64,000 bases of DNA. Source: the human T2T-CHM13v2.0 reference genome, Homo sapiens. The stretch lies in assembly GCF_009914755.1 (NCBI RefSeq), contig NC_060946.1; one strand, 5' to 3'. The number at the start of each line of letters is the position of its first letter. The stretch's first letter is position 1. Of the stretch, positions 17,220 to 64,000 are shown piece after piece. The notes below the pieces were generated by a model. It was given only the letters and a program-made list of their open reading frames with translations. It did not search any database and had not been told where the DNA came from. Position numbers and translations under genes: made by a program.

Positions 17220-17600
17220 ACCCCTTCCTTACTCCTCATGCTTGTCATCTCCTGGAATGTCCCTCACTCCCAGCTTACTTGGCCTATTCCTCCTTTTCTT
17301 TCAGGTCCCTGCTCAAACCAGAGCTTTCACAGAACTTACTCTAACCTCACCTTATCCCCAGGTTGAATTCCTTGGTAGGCATTTGGGGTATTAGTATTTC
17401 TCCTTCAAAGCATGTGTCACAATGGTAATTTCACAGGTAGTTGTCTCATCTTTGATGCTGATCTATCTCTGTCATTGGTCAGGAAGCTCTGTGAGGGCAA
17501 GAGCTCTGTGTCTTTTCATAGCTGTATTCCAGGGTCGGTACATATGATCTGGCACATAGAAGCTGCTCTTTTGTTGTAAGAATAAATGAATGAATGAATG
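17220..17600 (+). mobile_element. L2 3' end
   Basis: gaagctctgtgagggcaagag...ctggcacatag...(GAAT)n terminus. Confidence 0.7.
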
Positions 17601-19169
17601 GATGCATTTTCTGACCTCTACCTGGGCACCATCCTTTCCTTTCTTTTCCCATTTATGTTTGGCTCTCCTAAAAGATCAAAGAATGGCTCTGTCCCTCCTT
17701 TGAAGTCCTTTAGTACTTCCAGTTCTCTCTCCTGCTCGCTTCACTTTCTATGCCTTGTACTTTTGGAACTTGGCATGGCCTGGCTGCCTGCACCTGCACC
17801 TGGGTTCAGGGCTGGACTTTTCCTGTGGGTGGGTTCACTTCCAGACTAGAACAGAAGCTTCCTAAGGGCAGGGACTCTTCCTGGGATACATTCAGGTGAA
17901 AAAACTTGGCTGAATGCAGGAATGAATGAACACAGGCAAAAGGCGAGTTGCTCCAAGCTGCAGCTGACAGCTGAGCTCTAAGTCTTGGGAGGCATCCACA
18001 GCAGACAGCCCCTGCTTTCAGGTTCCTCGTAAGAATTCCTGCTTCCTTTGGGCAGGCATTATACTGGCCCCAGGACATAGCCTTATATAGTTTGCAGTCC
18101 TGGGGGATGTGTGGGGGAAATGGGGAAGACCTGTGGGGATGCTGTCCAAATAATGATTCTTTGTCTGCAGCTTCAGTGGGAAGAACAGTTGCTGATACGG
18201 AAGGAGGGGAGGCAGACCTCTGAAGCATTGAGTGCAAAGGAACAGGATGCTCACATTTAGGCAGTGGGTGGTTGTCTAGCAGTGGGCAGGGAGGGCCTGA
18301 GGCAGACCAGAGTCCTGGCAGGGTTTCTGTGGTCCTCTGCCTCCCTGCACCTCCCCATCAGAGCAAGGCCCCCCTCTTTGGGAACAGTCACTTTTGGCTG
18401 CTCTGTGGCCTCTAGAGCCAGCCCCTGAGAATACCCCACAGCCCTCCCTCTGAACCCTGGCATGGGCTGCAGGGCCAGCTCTGCTGCTGGTTTCCTGTAT
18501 GACCTTGGGCAAGTCATGCCTCCTCTCTTGGTCATCTCTGTTCTGAGCCCTGGCTTGCTGTTTAGACATGTGTTTCCAGATGGGTGAGCTGAGTCCCCAG
18601 GAAGGTCAGGGTTTGATGAACTCCTTGGAAAGGGTTCTCTAGTATCTTCCCTTCTGCTGCCTCTGGAGGGCCCTGCATCAATACTGGGAGAGGGACAGGG
18701 CAAGGAAATAGCTCCCGGTGAGATCCCTTCCCCCAGTCTCAGTTTCTTCCTCTTTACAGTGGGGGTAACAGTGGACCTGGGGGCTGCAGGCTGTGGAGGG
18801 GGAGTCAGGAATGTGGGTGGGTGGGTGGCTGTCCTTGTGGCCAAGAGATTAGGATTGTGCTGGTTTTTTTCCAGTGACACCCAGCAACTCTCTGTCCTCT
18901 CAAGAATGTTCTCCAGGGAGAACAAGACTTGACTGATTCTTCAGAAGAGTGCTGCACCCATTTTACAAGCGGACAAGCCAAGTCCTTAGAAGGCATGGGA
19001 CTAGTCCAAGGATGGGTGGCAGGTGATCTGAAGCCTCTAGGCTCCTAGCCCCAGGTGGCCTGTTCCCTCAATGGAGCCACTCCAGCTCTGGCAAGGGCAG
19101 GTGCGGTGGCGCTGCTGGTGCCTGCTGTGGGAGTACAGTGGGCCTTTGTGCCAGGCGGGCACCACCCCC

Positions 19170-62658
<43,489 letters not shown>

Positions 62659-62792
62659 TGACTTGGTTGGGTTCTATGAGTTCTGGGACTTGCCCATCAG
62701 TCAGGCTTGGAAAGGAGATGATCTGAAAACTTGTTAGAGAAAAACATGACTTTCCATACTCATACAGAAGGTCTTTCAAAGCTCTCCAACAG

Positions 62793-63540
62793 TGGATGTA
62801 AATTAGCACACCCATTATGGAAAACTGGATGGTGGTCCCTCAAAAAATTAAAAATAGAACTACCATATGATCTAGTAATCCCATGACTGGGCATATAGCC
62901 AAAGGAAATGAAATCAGTGTTTTGAAGAGATATCTGCTCTCCCATGTTCACTGTAGCATTGTTCACAGTAGTCAAGATGTGGAATCAATATAAATGCCTA
63001 TCAATGAATGAATGGATGAATGGATAAAGAAAATGTAATATACAGTATATACACAATGGGATACTATTCACCCTCAAAAAGAAGGAAATTATGTCATTTA
63101 TGACAACATAAATGAACCTGGAGAACATTATGTTTAGTGAAATACTTTAGACTCAAACAAATACCACATATTGTCACTTACATGTAGAGCCTTAAAAAGT
63201 CAAATTTGTAGAAGCAGAGAGTAGAATGGTGGTTACTAGGGGTTGGGGTGGGGATCTGGGAAGATGTTGGTCAATGGATACAAAATTTCAGTTAAGAGGA
63301 ATAAGTTCAAGAGATCTATTGTACAACATAGTGACTATAGTTAATAGCAACGTATTGTATACTTGAAAATTGCCAAGAGTAGATTTCAACTGTTCTCACC
63401 ACAAAAAATGTTAAGTATTTAAGGTAATGCATATATTTGCTAATTAGCTCAATTGAGCTAATGTATAGATATTTCAAGACATCATATTATATACCCTCAA
63501 TATACATAACTTTTACTTGCCAATTAAAAAATATTTTTAA
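62793..63540 (+). mobile_element. L1MA-like 5'-truncated insertion
   Basis: L1 ORF2-end/3'UTR motifs; 15-bp TSD aaagctctccaacag 62778-62792 / 63541-63555. Confidence 0.87.
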
Positions 63541-64000
63541 AAAGCTCTCCAACAGATGTTAAAATGAAGGCTTGAACTAGGTCCAAGGGGTTTTACCTGG
63601 AGAATGAATTGACTTTTATGCTCTTCCAAGGAAACACATGGGGAAAGAGGCAAGATTTCAGCTCTAGAATGAGAAAGTCTGAGGCAGGAGATGGATGGCA
63701 TTCAAGGCGGCTTGTCACCATAAAGAATCTGTTTTCCTAGGAGACTGAGTACTTAGCTGTGACTCCTGAATAGCTAGAGTTTTGTAGTTGACCTGTGGGA
63801 TTACAGTCATGTTTCAGAAAAATCTCCTAATTCTGGCTCAAGGGATACAAATCTGGCTAGGGGGTTAGGTTAGGGGGTTTCAGGAGAACAAAACTTCAAA
63901 GTTATTACCTAGAAAAATTTAGAATAAACCTATAAAATTGTATTACTGAAAAGAAACTTAGAGACTAGTCAAATTCTTTCATTTTACAGTTGGGGAAACG

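Noticed and set aside
18257-18925. 222-aa minus-strand ORF diverging from the SLC5A1 promoter
   Set aside because: No recognisable domain, GC-rich low-complexity composition, partly MIR-like sequence and a non-ATG start; likely chance
63858-63880. TTAGG/TAGGGG telomere-like motif
   Set aside because: Too short and degenerate to be an interstitial telomeric repeat

Overview
Mammalian genomic DNA, almost certainly human given the dense primate Alus and a protein matching human SGLT1 as recalled. The window holds about 19 kb of repeat-rich upstream sequence, an intact-ORF RPS17 processed pseudogene (15601-16123), and the promoter plus coding exons 1-10 of SLC5A1 (SGLT1, Na+/glucose cotransporter, + strand). 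All ten exons have GT-AG junctions and splice to 1129 nt (codons 1-376 plus 1 nt); the gene continues past the window end. The rest is mostly Alu, L1, L2, MIR, MaLR LTRs, DNA-transposon relics (Tigger3b, MER58, MER5, MER53) and microsatellites. I see no wholly new gene system. The best second-look signals are small: a MER53 hairpin in intron 2 nearly matching mature miR-1302; a 70-nt fold-back Alu hairpin in intron 1; a patchwork templated insertion in intron 2 with a candidate alternative first-exon donor; a duplicated in-frame cryptic donor after exon 10; and a stop-free 270-nt exon 3-5 block bracketed by inverted Alus. Repeat subfamily names and reference sequences are recalled from memory, not searched, and repeat boundaries are approximate.
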